Shown: piece by piece, positions 22,355 through 34,765 of the stretch
How the letters are laid out: the number at the start of each line of letters is the position of its first letter
How positions within the stretch are numbered: the first letter of the stretch is position 1
Source of the DNA: Antechinus flavipes
Lineage: Eukaryota
Reading direction: 5' to 3'
Assembly (NCBI RefSeq): GCF_016432865.1
Contig: NC_067400.1
Span: forward strand, 1,054,001 to 1,118,000
Length of the DNA: 64,000 bases
Program-made: the position numbers and the translations under genes
Notes under the pieces: generated by a model
What the model was told of the DNA's origin: nothing
Databases searched by the model: none
Seen by the model: only the letters and a program-made list of their open reading frames with translations

Positions 22355-22800
22355 GACGACGGCGGCGGTCTGGAGCGAGCCCCTGCTCCGCCCAGCTCCC
22401 GCCGCAGCGCCGGGACTCCGCGGGCCCTAAGACCCTGCCGCCGCGTCCCGCCCCACGCGCCTACGTGCCGCGGCGCCTTGTGGGAGAGGGAGAGGAGCGG
22501 CAGGGAAGGGCCAGCTGACGGCATTTCAGGGAGAGGAGCACAGCGACCCCTGGCGGGGCGCAGGATATTTGCCGAGGCGTAGAGCAGGGACCGCCCCACC
22601 CACGGGAAAACTGCAGCCCCCCTGCCCGGCCTCGAGCGGTGGGTGGGGTGCCTTCTAAATACTCTCCGCTGAGCACCCGGAGGTACTAGGATGTTGGCCG
22701 AAAGCTGAAATTGACTAAATTAGCGGGGGAGATTGGCTATTTTGTAGCTAAAGCTCCGCGGGCGAGACGCGGGGAGACGCTGAAACTGACATCGTTTGGG
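22355..22800 (-). promoter_or_regulatory. MED31 5' UTR/CpG-island promoter
   Basis: CpG-dense stretch upstream of the MED31 ATG, with a GATTGG (CCAAT box) near 22730 and a TGACG half-site near 22516. Confidence 0.55.
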
Positions 22801-23284
22801 TCTGGAGACTTCCTTTCCACCTTAAAGTGGATACAAAGTAACTAAAGCAAAATCGGATGTGGAACCAGATACTGACATTAGGCCTGCAGAAGTCGCTGCT
22901 GGATGGATACAAAGTAATTACAGCAATGGGGGGGAGGAAGCTGCGGTATGAAGCAACCTTGAAACTAACTAGGTCTATAGCACATGTGTGGGGAGGTTGG
23001 ATACAAAGTAACTACAAAACAGTTACTGGAAGGGCAGGGAACCAAACTACACTGTCACTTTACCAGCAGTAACTCCTGAGAAAAGCCTTGAAGTTCCTGA
23101 TCCTGGTGCCAACCTGCAGCCCCCATCCTGCTCCCTCTTCCACTTGGACTCTGTGGATCTCTTGTGTTGCTGGGTTTTGTTTGTTTCTTCGACCTCCAAC
23201 TGTTTATTGGCCATAGATTTCAACTCTTCCTGTCTCAAGCTGGACTTACTAAATGGCCTCCCCTCTGCCTTCATGTTACTGTTG

Positions 23285-24290
23285 GTTGGTTGTTGTCCTT
23301 CAGGAAGAGGACCAAAATCACATCACCATGTTAGAGTCACATTAGTATGTCAGGCTGGGGCTACCCCGACCATCCCAGCTGGGAATGCCCCTGGTCAGAG
23401 GCAGATTGTCCCTGTGAACATTTGAGATCGAACTTTCTAGCTTTTCTCATCTCGGGTTTCTTCTGAGCTAATTCAATTCTGCTTTGCTCCTAGAGCACGT
23501 GGGTGGTCCTGTGCCAGTGTCTCCCACGTGGTAAGATCAAATCTTAAGTTCTTAAAGAGATACCTTGGCAATGTCTTTGTATGGCTTTTCCTGGTCACCT
23601 TGTGACTACTTATCCTGTGTGAGTTCTCCATAAAACAGTTTTGGGGTTTTTTAGCAAGCATACATTTGGCATTTGAACCATGTGACCAGAGCAGCTGAGT
23701 TGCTCTCTGGGAGTTTAGTTTGAGAAAGGACTTCTGTTTCCCTGGTATCTTCAGATCCCTGCTGATCTTCAGAATCTCCCCAAGACAATTCAAATGGAAG
23801 CCATTCAGCTTCCTGCCATCGTGCTGGCGCTGTCCGGGTTTCATGGACACACAGAAATGACTTCAGCACAGGGCTCTGTAAAGCTTCGTTTTGGTAGTCG
23901 GGCTAATACCTCATCTCTCCCACTCTGTCAGAGCCTCTCGAGCACCGAGTTAGCTCTGGCAACTCACTGGCAGTGTGCGGTCTCTGAGAAGTGCACTACC
24001 AAGGTAACTAATGAATCCACAGCGCTCAAAACTCCATTGGCCAGAGCCAAGGGCCGCATGCATGTTGGCGGGGTCCTGGGCGATGGAGCGCCTGCGTTCT
24101 TGGTGGTGTTGGGCCCAAACGTGCACAGAGCAGCAGAGAAACGTGCCATACCCTGTTGTATCTCAGTATAATCTGCAAACAAAACCCACCAAGGCTCCCT
24201 CCGCTTGCGTTCTGGCCTGTAGCCTCTTGAAGTTGAAGAACTTAGCGGCAGTGCGATAGCTGCCTGCTTTTCCTCATTAAAAGTGCTCCT
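23285..24290 (-). mobile_element. RTE-clade LINE, decayed 3' portion
   Basis: Minus-strand translation resembles RTE RT and C-terminus (LFAD.., KLNGFHLNCL..ILKI, TWETLAQD). 3' end gtgattttggtcctcttc..gaaggacaacaaccaacc is the typical marsupial RTE tail. Confidence 0.8.
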
Positions 24291-24499
24291 CACTAGTATT
24301 CCTCCCAGTCCCCCAGACTTGCAACGCTCCTCCCTCTCATCCCAGCTCTAATCAGTTGCCAAGGCCTGTCACTTCCACCTCTGCAGTTATCTCTGATAAC
24401 TTCCCTCTCACACCCCGGTGCAAGTCCTTACCACCTCACACACAGGACTGAAGTAGCCTGCTGGTGGCTCTGCTCAAACTAGTCCCTCCCCTCTCCCTG

Positions 24500-24712
24500 A
24501 TTGTGAAACAGAGAAATGGGACTATTCAAATCTGGCCTCAGATACTGCCTAGCTGTGTGACCTGGGCAAGCCACTTCACCCTATTGGCCTCAGTTTTCTC
24601 ATCTGTAAAATGAACTGGAGAAGAAAATGGCAAAGGACTCCAATATATCTGCCGAGAAAACCCCCATGGGGCCACAAAGAGTCCGGCACATCTCAGCAAC
24701 AGCAGCAATGAC
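24500..24712 (+). mobile_element. Mar1-type CORE-SINE
   Basis: MIR-like core (ttcaaatctggcctcagatac..tgtgtgacctgggcaag..cctcagttttctcatctgtaaaatg) followed by an RTE-derived tail (ctggagaagaaaatggcaaa..aaaacccc..cacaaagagtccgg). Confidence 0.75.
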
Positions 24713-24829
24713 CCCCACAAAATACCTTCTTTTGAGGTTGGCCAAAGCTAGAAGGGGCAGAGAGACCGATACTTAGCTGCCCAAGTTGGGCCCCAACAGA
24801 GAGTGCTAAGGTGGATGGCAAAGAGGCCA

Positions 24830-25330
24830 GACTGACTGGCTGGAAAACCAAGTGGAAGAAACCTGGAAAGGTGGGAGGGGACAGGTTCTGAAGGGGGTTG
24901 AATGCTTGCAGCGCATTTTGTATTTGTCCTGAAGGTAATGAGGAGCCAAGGGAGTTTGTTGAGCAGGAGGAGACATTGTCAGATTGAGTGTCCTCAAGGT
25001 GAGGAAATGGAGAATGGATTGAAGTAGGGAGAGACTTGAGGCAAGCTGACTTCCCCCTCCCTTGCCCCCAGCAGCTATTATAATAGTCCAAGTGTGAGAT
25101 GATGAGATGATTACATCCATGATGAGATCACTAAGTGAAGCAGAATAAAGCAAGAAAAGCATCCTGGACAAAACTGGGAGGATACTCATGGTTAAAAGGC
25201 GTGATCTGGAGTAAGAGCACAGAGAAGAGGTCAGAAAGGGAAGAGAAGCAGGAGAGCTCACAAAAATGAGCACTTTCAACAGAATAAGGTCAGAAGCCAG
25301 ATTCTAAAGCATTAAGAATAGCCCCGGACT
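24830..25330 (+). mobile_element. Ancient L2-like LINE fragment
   Basis: Motifs gtaatgaggagccaagggagttt, aatggattgaagtagggagagact, tattataatagtccaagtgtgag resemble the L2 consensus as I recall it. Confidence 0.5.
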
Positions 25331-25959
25331 TTTACATCTGCCGAACAGAGCACTGAAGGTGCTCCTGGTAACAAGAGACTCCCCAGCAGTGGTCATGGGA
25401 GCAGCTGTCGGCACAGGAGCAAGAGCAAGAGCCCTGCCAGGGGAGCAGAGAGAGCCAAAGGGTGGACCAGTCTCTCCCCGTTCCAGGCAGGCCTATGATA
25501 TGCTGCCAAAGTGATTTCCTTAAACACAGATCCAGCCTGTAACTTCTGTACTCAACCAATCCCAACAGCTCCATGTCGCTTCTAGGATCCAATATAAAAT
25601 CCCTGTTAAGAAAGCTGGATTGAAGGTTGGGGGAGCAAACTGTTCAAATTTTAAAATAGTGAGCATTTACCCTTGGAAGACTAAACTTTCCAAATCAGAG
25701 TTGGATGTATTGTTTTGCTGATTGTCTAGACATAGGAAAGTGATGGAAAAAAATGCTAATTATACAAATTAAATTGCAGTGTGCATCATTTTCCCACTAA
25801 AGTACTGGTTGTTTATCTGCACACCACCACTTATTTAGCCTTCTTCATAGCGGCCCCAACCTGTCTTTCCAAATTCGCCGGCCATTTCTCACTCTCCCTT
25901 CAGTACTCAGCTATCCAGCCCAACTGGCCTCTGTCTCTCACACACAATACTCCTTCCCT

Positions 25960-26132
25960 NNNNNNNNNNNNNNNNNNNNNNNNNNNNNNNNNNNNNNNNN
26001 NNNNNNNNNNNNNNNNNNNNNNNNNNNNNNNNNNNNNNNNNNNNNNNNNNNNNNNNNNNNNNNNNNNNNNNNNNNNNNNNNNNNNNNNNNNNNNNNNNNN
26101 NNNNNNNNNNNNNNNNNNNNNNNNNNNNNNNN
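25960..26132. other. Assembly gap (N run). Other gaps: 30153-30324, 30364-30602, 33340-33490, 51273-51456
   Basis: N runs in the sequence, mostly next to microsatellites or TEs. Confidence 0.99.
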
Positions 26133-28274
26133 TAATCTGATTATCCATTTACTTCACAAATATTTCTGGGCCTGCTGTGTACCTATAGCTTGTGGGAGGC
26201 TCTGGGGGTGATATAAAAAAGGAAGCTGGCAAGCCCTCATGGAGATTATCCTCCAGAGGAGGAGAGAAAACCTGAGGTGCCCTTTCCAAAGTCTGTGCAA
26301 GAGAGAGATCCTCTCTGGTTGGGAGAAATCCCACCTGTCTTGATAGATGGGAAACCTTTGGACTGCCTTGGAATGGTAGCTTCTCCCTCATTGTGTGAGC
26401 AGAGGTGAGCGATGGGCCTAAACAAGGGCAGTTAAGTGTAAAAATGAACAAGCATCATGGGACATCCCCATCTTCCCAAGGTTCCAATGGAAGCTCTGTC
26501 CCTTGCTGGCACTGTCACCCGGACTTTTCACTTCCTTTGGCTAAGCATGCATTGGGGAATCCCCCCTCCTCCCAAGACAGGATTGTTCTGAAGACACCCT
26601 GCACCATTCTCTCCAGACTGGAGCTCTTGGGAAAGCATGGGGCTGGGGGTGGGGGTGGGGGGGAGGGGCAATACAAAGATCTAGCTTAGCACATCCAGGG
26701 AGGTTGGATAAATTAGGCTGGAAAGAAGGCTTCAGAGGCAAGGCCGCGGGGTTCCCAGCTGTGTCACTAGAAATTCATCACTTGGAGGAAATGAGAATCT
26801 GGGGTCAGTGTCCAAGAACTAAGCACAAAGGCGGAGAGCCACAGTCAAGAAGGCATAAGGGGCCCTCTGGAGACCAGCAGAGGGAAAGCAGGGGGAATTA
26901 GGAGTGGGGAGTAACTGCATTTCCCTTGTGGACTAGTATAAATGCTAACAGTGCCCAGGGAGAGGAAGCATCTCTAAGACACTGAGCAGTGGAGCGCACA
27001 AGCCAGGGACTGGATGCAGGAGCTTGCTGGACTCCCCAGGGAGGAAGGCTATCGCAGGAAGGCCTCCAAAGAGACCAAGGCTGAATGTTCCACCAGCTTG
27101 GAAGGTGGGTGGACCTTCCTGCAGCCTGGTCAGGATCTTGGAGCAAAGAGCAGTTTTGTATGCAGAGGGTTCAAGGTCATCTCCATCCCAGAAGTCACAG
27201 CAAAAGGGCTGGCTTTCCTATGCTCCAGGTGCCCAGAGGCCCAGCAAATCCTTATCTAGTCAGGAGGCTGGAGGTACCTGGGGCGGGGGACAGGGGGGAG
27301 AGAAGGGAAGGAGAAGAAGCCTCCTAGAGCTTTGAATGGTGTGGAGAAGACTGGATCTTCCCTGGTCAAAGCAACCTCTTGTGTGCCAGGGAATGAAGGT
27401 GGGAAGAAAAGGTTCAGTTCTTTCTAAAGCACAGATTTGACCCTCTCACTCAAAAACTCTACATGGCTCCCTACTGGCTCTCAGGACATGGGGAAATGAC
27501 TCAGTTTAGTGGGCAGAAGCCTCGGCAGTCTGACAAAGAGTCAGGAGTTGGATTAACTCCCTTCAGACTGGCCTGTGTAGTGCTGCCACCCCGTCGGCCC
27601 CTACCCCGCTGCAGGGGTACCCCACAGCAGCATCCGCAGGAGCCAGAGCTGAGCGCATCTCCTCTCCAGAGAGCCCACTCTGCTCTGGCCAGCTCTCACG
27701 GCGAAGAACCAAGGTTAAATCTCCACTAACCCCAGTGCTGCCCTAGGACCAAGCAGAACCGGGCCAGCTTCTGGCTGGGACAGCTCCTCCCATGCCAGAA
27801 GCCGGAGGGGCATCCTTCATCAAGACGCATGACTAAAAATGGACAGTAGGGGGCAGCAGGTGTCCACACAAAGGTTTTGCTGAGCAGTGAGAGAATGTTG
27901 GGGAGAGACCCAGGGGACAGGAACCCACAGGGGGTCAGTTACTTCAGTGGTCTCAGAACTCAGCTTGAGGTAGAGCTGGGAGGAACTTCGATGTCCTCCT
28001 GTCCAACTCCCTTTAGAGAGGGAAACTGAGACCCGCGTGGAGAAAATGATTTTTCTTATGTCATTCTGATAAGTTCCGGACCCAGAGCCTCCATGTCCTT
28101 ATCCTGCTGGCCACGCTGACCCTGAAACCCCCCCAACGAGGCAGCTCTGCCTTAGCTGGAGCCTTTCCTGCCACGATGCCCTTCCTGGGATGGTGAGGGC
28201 ACTGGGGCATGGCCTCCCCTAATGTGGATTTTCACCTTTGCCCTTTATCCTGAGCGCAAGTATAATGTTCTTCT

Positions 28275-28417
28275 CTTTTTTTTTTTCACCATTGTCTTAT
28301 TTTAATTTTATTATAGCTTCTTATTGACAAGACATGTGTGGGTAATTTTCCAGCATTGACCCTTGCAAAACCTTCTGTTCCAAGTTTTCCCCTTTTCCCC
28401 CCACGCCCTCCCCAAGC
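28275..28417 (-). mobile_element. Short L1 3' tail, antisense
   Basis: T-run, then tattatagcttcttattgac..cattgacccttgcaaaaccttctgttccaagtttt; marsupial L1 3' UTR. Confidence 0.7.
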
Positions 28418-29667
28418 TGGCTGTCAGTCCCATGTACTGTTCTTCTCTGGGTGGGCATTCTCCTGGAGATGTTCCACTGTTTAGGGATTTAAAGACGGAC
28501 TTAATTTCTGCCCTTTTTCTTGGAGGGAGACTTGAAATCAGAAGGGAGATTGGGCCTTCTCAGGAAATCCCTAGGCTGGAAGAGAAGACCCGTCCTGCCG
28601 TCCTGCCTCCTGTTCTCTTCGGAATAGAGATGAGGCCCAAGGAGAAGGGGAGGGATTGAAGTCACGAGGAGGCCCCACTTAGTGCTCGATCGGAGCTCCT
28701 GAAAGTGGGGGAGAGCCTTGACCAGCAGCAGAAGTGTGGGAGAAAGGCGGGGAGCCCAGTCAGGAATCATTCTACAGAACTCGGGCCACCCTTTAAGAAA
28801 GCTAGCATTCCCGTCAGAGAGGCAGAGGACGCACAGTGGGGGTGCACTGCCCAAAGCTCTGGCTCAGGCAAAGGAAGGAGGAGACACCTTTTGGAAAGCT
28901 GGTGAGAATCCCAATCCCCAATCGGGGCTTCCATCTTCCCTGTCTCGTAAGACATAATGGAGCATGAAATGCTCCCTTCAGATGGTCTCAGTTGATCTTC
29001 ACAGCGATCACGTGAGGGACATGCTGTCACTGTCTCTTTTTACTGATGAGGAAACTGAGGTTTAGGTGGGGTAAGGGGTTGGCGAGGGTAGGTGAGTTAG
29101 GAAAAGCAGCCTGCCAGTGTCAGAAGTGAGAAGTGAGCTCCGAACCCCCATTTGAGGGTTTCCTCCAGCGATGGAACATGTTCCACATGGCCCCGGCTGC
29201 TGACCAGGCGGGAACTGCCCCAGCGGACCGGGGCCCCCCCAAGCACGAGGCAGTTTATCCAAAGCGGGTGTGAGTGCAGATTTGACCCAATGGCTTTTCT
29301 GAGAATCGGAGGCTTGGGTTTGAATTCGGATTTTGCCCCCAGCTCTGGTGAGGGTTTCCTTGTCTCAGTCTCATCTGCCTCTTCTGTCCGATTACTGGCC
29401 GGGGGACTCTTGGAGGCCCCTCGTGAGTGCTGTGTGTGGGCACAGTCTGAATGCAGCGCCTGCCTGAGCCTGGAAGCCTAGGAAGAGTCTGGGACCCTCA
29501 CCTGTTGGGAGGAAGAGTGCCATGGGCAGATTCTGTTCCTGAAACCCGGGACCCTGCCTCAGCTTCCAAGCCTGCAGAACCCACAGAAATGGGGAGCCAA
29601 AACAAGGGGACAGAGAACCAGAATGAATGAAAAGCTTTTCTAATAGTTTCAACACCCCCGCCTCTGA

Positions 29668-29668
29668 T

Positions 29669-29711
<43 letters not shown>

Positions 29712-29817
29712 CTTTCTCTCTCTTTCTGTCTGTCTCTTGTCTCTGTCTCTCTCTAATTCTGTCTCTGTCTCTCTCTCTGATTCTCTGTCTCTCTGTCTCT
29801 CTCTAATTCTGTCTCTG

Positions 29818-29848
<31 letters not shown>

Positions 29849-30363
29849 GTCTCTGTGTGTGTGTGTCTGTCTCTTTCTGTCTGTCTCTTATCTCTGTCTC
29901 TCTCTGATTCTGTCTCTCTGATTCTCTCTCTCTCTGTCTCTCTCTAATTCTGTCTCTGTCTCTCTCTCTGATTCTTTCTCTCTCTTTCTCTCTCTGTCTG
30001 TCTATATCTCTCTCTGTCTCTCTCTGTCTCTCTGTGTGTGTGTATGTGTGTGTATCTCTCTCTCTATCTCTTTCTGTCTGTCTCTTGTCTCTGTCTCTCT
30101 CTAATTCTGTCTCTGTCTCTCTCTCTCTGATTCTCTTTCTCTGTCTCTCTCTNNNNNNNNNNNNNNNNNNNNNNNNNNNNNNNNNNNNNNNNNNNNNNNN
30201 NNNNNNNNNNNNNNNNNNNNNNNNNNNNNNNNNNNNNNNNNNNNNNNNNNNNNNNNNNNNNNNNNNNNNNNNNNNNNNNNNNNNNNNNNNNNNNNNNNNN
30301 NNNNNNNNNNNNNNNNNNNNNNNNGTCTGTCTCTTGTCTCTGTCTCTCTCTAATTCTGTCTCT
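29668..30363. repeat. (CT)n/(TGTC)n compound microsatellite, interrupted and followed by N gaps
   Basis: Directly visible. Confidence 0.9.
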
Positions 30364-33300
30364 NNNNNNNNNNNNNNNNNNNNNNNNNNNNNNNNNNNNN
30401 NNNNNNNNNNNNNNNNNNNNNNNNNNNNNNNNNNNNNNNNNNNNNNNNNNNNNNNNNNNNNNNNNNNNNNNNNNNNNNNNNNNNNNNNNNNNNNNNNNNN
30501 NNNNNNNNNNNNNNNNNNNNNNNNNNNNNNNNNNNNNNNNNNNNNNNNNNNNNNNNNNNNNNNNNNNNNNNNNNNNNNNNNNNNNNNNNNNNNNNNNNNN
30601 NNTACTTAATGACTCCTAGCTGGGTTGGCCTGAGTTAGCGGGCAGCAGGCTACCTGCATGTTCTCCTACTATGTCCTGATAGCCAACCACGAGCACTGCT
30701 CAGGACAGACCTAGAATGCTTGGGAAGCCGCCATGAGCAGGCCGGGAGCACACGGCCACCTGAGGTTAACAGTGCTGGCGGTGGAGGTGAACTCGGCCTT
30801 GGCTCCTAGGTACCTGAGGCTTCCCACTGAACACCCACCTCAGACAAGGGGGGCGAGGGGCATCTGAAGCTCTCCCATGTGTGCACAACTTGCCAGTAGC
30901 AGAGCCTGGGGCTCACACGGTACCTTCTGTCCAGTGCTGGTCAGGGCTGACTGCCTGGACCGTGCGTGCCAGAGCACCCCGGCTCCAGCGCCTTGGGCCA
31001 GATAGGGACCCGCTCCAGTACAGTAAATCACAGAGAAGAGAAGACAGTTACGTGATATTTATAACAAGCCAGGACAAAGCCGGCAGTTTTTCCTTCCAGC
31101 TCTATAATTATAACTTGAGCTCGGGCCGATCACAGTCATCACGGGTTGGACTGCTGGTTAGGACCGAGGTAATTAAAGGCTGAGCTCTCTGCTGGGATTC
31201 TATTTTGGAAGGGGAGTGCTGAGCAGGTAAGCTCCCTCTCTAAACCCAGCTTGTTCCAGTGGCTTCCCCACAGCCAAAGCGGGAGGGCGGAGCTGCCGAC
31301 TGGCCCCATGGGACGGCCACAGCCACAGGTGAGGAGGCAGCTCCTGTGGCTTTTCTGAGGGCGAGACCCGAGGCTTCAGGATCTGAGTCTGCATTTGTGG
31401 CCACACGGGAGGGGCTCGGAATGTTGGCTCGGTCCGACGAGAACCGAGGGGCAAGACGTGCTGCCAGGCCTGCCGCGTGTAGCCTCTCACACGCGGCTCC
31501 CCAGCCTGCCCGGGCGAGCCGGACCCGGCCCAGACACACTCCGAGAACAGCCCCGCTCTCTGTCTGGACACCTCCAGCCACATAAATCAGCGGGGGACGG
31601 GAGGATGGGGTGTGGTACCCCGCCCCCGTCCTGGAATCCAAAAGCTTTCTGTCAGACTCATCTGGAGACCTCACATAGCCTCATCCCGAGAGCTGCGGAC
31701 AGCTAAGACTAGGGCCTGGGGTTCTGTACTGGGACAGAACATGCAGAACACCCAGCCCTTCACTGAGAGCAGCCCTTACAGACTCTGAGAACTGGACCTT
31801 TACTCCACGTGCAGGGAATGAACTCAGTGTGTGAAGTGCTGGGACAGAGCCAACAAACCCTCCCCCATCCCCCCCCCCCATTCCCAGCACCCTCAGGGCC
31901 CTAACTTAAGCCCTTCCGGGGAAGGAGATGCAATTTATTCACCATTTCCTGGAAAAATTGAATGATACTTGGTGGGAAAAGCCATTGCCAGGCCATCCCC
32001 CCACTCGTGCCCAGGTTCATTCATTAATGAGCCCAGGGCAGAGGCAGAGTCAAGGCAATCAGGAGAGAGAGGAAGCATTTCAGCCTTAGCTTGCTGGCAT
32101 CTCCTCAGCGAAGATCTGGAAAATGCACCAGATTGAATTCTAATCAGGAAAACCACGAGAGTCCCAGTGGATCATTTTTCCAGGCCAGGGTGGGTTAAGG
32201 GGACAGAGAGATCTGTGGACCCTGAAAGCAGTGGGAGGGGGCATTCTGGTAGCCAGGAACTGAAAGGAGGCTGAGAGAGGATGGCAGAATAGTAAGAGTT
32301 CTCAAGGATTCCCGAACAAGTTCTCGATGCAGGAACATCTGACAGCTTTTTTGTCTGTTACCCATGTCAGATCGCAGATCCAGAGCAGAGAGGAGTAATC
32401 AAAGCATGAACCCTAGCTACACACTGAGCAAGGAACAAATCTGGGAGGAAACTCCAGTTGGGGATAGTGAGTCCAGGAGCAGAACAGCAGTCCCTTTAGC
32501 CAACTGCCTACAGTTGGATAACCAGGGCAGGGATCCCAGATCAAAGAGAAGCTCAGTCCCTCTATACCTACAGAACCTCCCATCAGTCCAACAGTCTACT
32601 GACACTACCAACTAAAAACAAGATAACAGATCCAAACATGGGTCAAGAACTGGCAGAGCTCAGACCAAGAAGGCAGTGACAGACCTCTCTCCAGATCATA
32701 TCTTTTGGGGAGCATTGAAATCTCACAGGCCTCCAGACCAGGCTGTGAAAGAGCAGAAGACAAAAGAACAGAAGCTCAAACCAGGCATCTTCAGAGATAA
32801 GGAAAGTCTAGTTTTAATATAATGTCCAGAGTCAAGAGGTAGACTGGGAAAATGAGCAAACAGAAAAGATTAATTCAATCATAAAGAACTACTGTGGTAC
32901 CAGGGCAGCTGAAGAGAAAAATACAGAAGAAGAAAAGGACTTGGAAAGATCTTTGAGCCAAGCCTCAAAGAAAAATGCAGTTGGGACACAAGCCTAACAA
33001 TAATTCTGAGAAGCTCTAAAGAAAGCTCTTTTTTTAAGAGCCAAAAAGCATTTGAAAATCAAATTAAAGCTTTGGAGGGAAAACACAAAAAAAGAATGAA
33101 GACCAGAACAAGAGGCACACGCTCTCTTACCTCAGAAAATAACTCCTTAAAAATTAGAATTGACCAAAGAGACTCCAGAAGATATAAAGAAATGTTAAAA
33201 AAAAAAAAAAAGTCAAAAGACTGGGAAAAATTAAGAGAAAATGCAAGATATTTCATAACAAAAAAAAAATTACCTGGAAAACAGAATGAAGAAAGATGGT

Positions 33301-34274
33301 TTTAAAGTTATTAAACTATCTGAAAGTCTTGTCTCCTTANNNNNNNNNNNNNNNNNNNNNNNNNNNNNNNNNNNNNNNNNNNNNNNNNNNNNNNNNNNNN
33401 NNNNNNNNNNNNNNNNNNNNNNNNNNNNNNNNNNNNNNNNNNNNNNNNNNNNNNNNNNNNNNNNNNNNNNNNNNNNNNNNNNNNNNNNNNCCTATTTTTC
33501 AATTGTGTTTGGCACAGTTAACAAAAATTGACCATGAATTAGGGCAAAAACCCTCACAATCAAATACTGGAAAAATAGAGATATTAAACTCATCTTTTAC
33601 TCAATATAATATCATAAAAATTATATTCAATAAATAACATTTGAAGCAAAAGTTAACAATTAGCTAGTAATAAACATAATCATAATGGGTGCATTAAAGA
33701 ACAAATTACAGAAACAAGCAATAACTACATTAAAAATAATGACAATGATGAAAAGACATATCAAAATTTGGGGAATACAGCCAAATCAGGACTGAGGGGA
33801 AATTTTATCACTCTAAACACATCACTAAAAGAGAGAAAAAGGGCAGATCAATGAATTGAGTGTGCACCTAAAAAAAATTAGAAAACCAAAAAATTAAAAA
33901 TTCTTAACACCAAAATAAATATCCTGACATATCAAAAAAGAGATTAGCAATATTGAAAGTATTTTCACACACACACACAACACACACACACACAACACAC
34001 ACACAAACCACACACATATATACAGAACCCCCCAAAAAATATTGAATCAATAAATAAAAGTACAAGATATTTTTAAAACAACAACAATAAATCAGACAGA
34101 TCATTGGCTAATTGGATTAGTTCTTTAAAAAAAAGAAAGAATAAAATTAAATTACCAGTATCAAAAACTGAATAGATGAATTTCAACCAATGAAAAGGAA
34201 ATAAAAACAATTACTTGGAGTTATTTTTTCCAGCAATATATCAATAAGACTAGCACTTTAAATGAAGAGGATGA

Positions 34275-34765
34275 TTTTTTTAAAATAACTTTTTATTGAC
34301 AGAACCCATGCCAGGGAAATTTTTTACAACATTATCCCTTGCACTCACTTCTGTTCCGATTTTCCCCACCCTCCCTCCACCCCCTCCCCCAGATGGCAAG
34401 CAGTCCTTTATATGTTAAATAGGTTACAGTATATCCTAGATACAATCTATGTGTGCAGAACCGAACAGTTCTCTTGTTGCCCAGGGAGAATTGGATTCAG
34501 AAGGTATAAATAACCCAGGAAGAAAAACAAAAATATAAGCAGTTTATATTCATTTCCCAGTGTTCTTTCTTTGGGTGTAGCTGCTTCTATCCATCCTTGA
34601 TCAATTGAAACTGAGTTAGAGCTCTTGTCGAAGGAATCCACTTCCATCAGAATACATCCTCATACAGTATCATTGTTGAGGTATATAATGATCTCCTATT
34701 TCTGCTCATTTCACTTAGCATTAGTTCATGTAAGTATCGCCAGTCCTCTCTGTATTCAGAGGATC
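34275..34765 (-). mobile_element. Young L1 3' end inserted antisense into the old L1, TSD AGAGGATGA
   Basis: TSD at 34266-34274 and 34766-34774; T-run then ttattgacagaacccatgccaggg..cattatcccttgcactcacttctgttcc. Confidence 0.85.

Noticed and set aside
22500-23280. C17orf100 orthologue expected head-to-head with MED31
   Set aside because: No ORF resembling it; frames are interrupted and an RTE follows.
28959-28975. Perfect 7-bp hairpin GGAGCAT-GAA-ATGCTCC
   Set aside because: Expected by chance in 64 kb; too short for a pre-miRNA.
33072-33305. Lys-rich ORF and similar ORFs at 37175, 38499 and 40233 as host genes
   Set aside because: Decayed L1 ORF1/ORF2 remnants.
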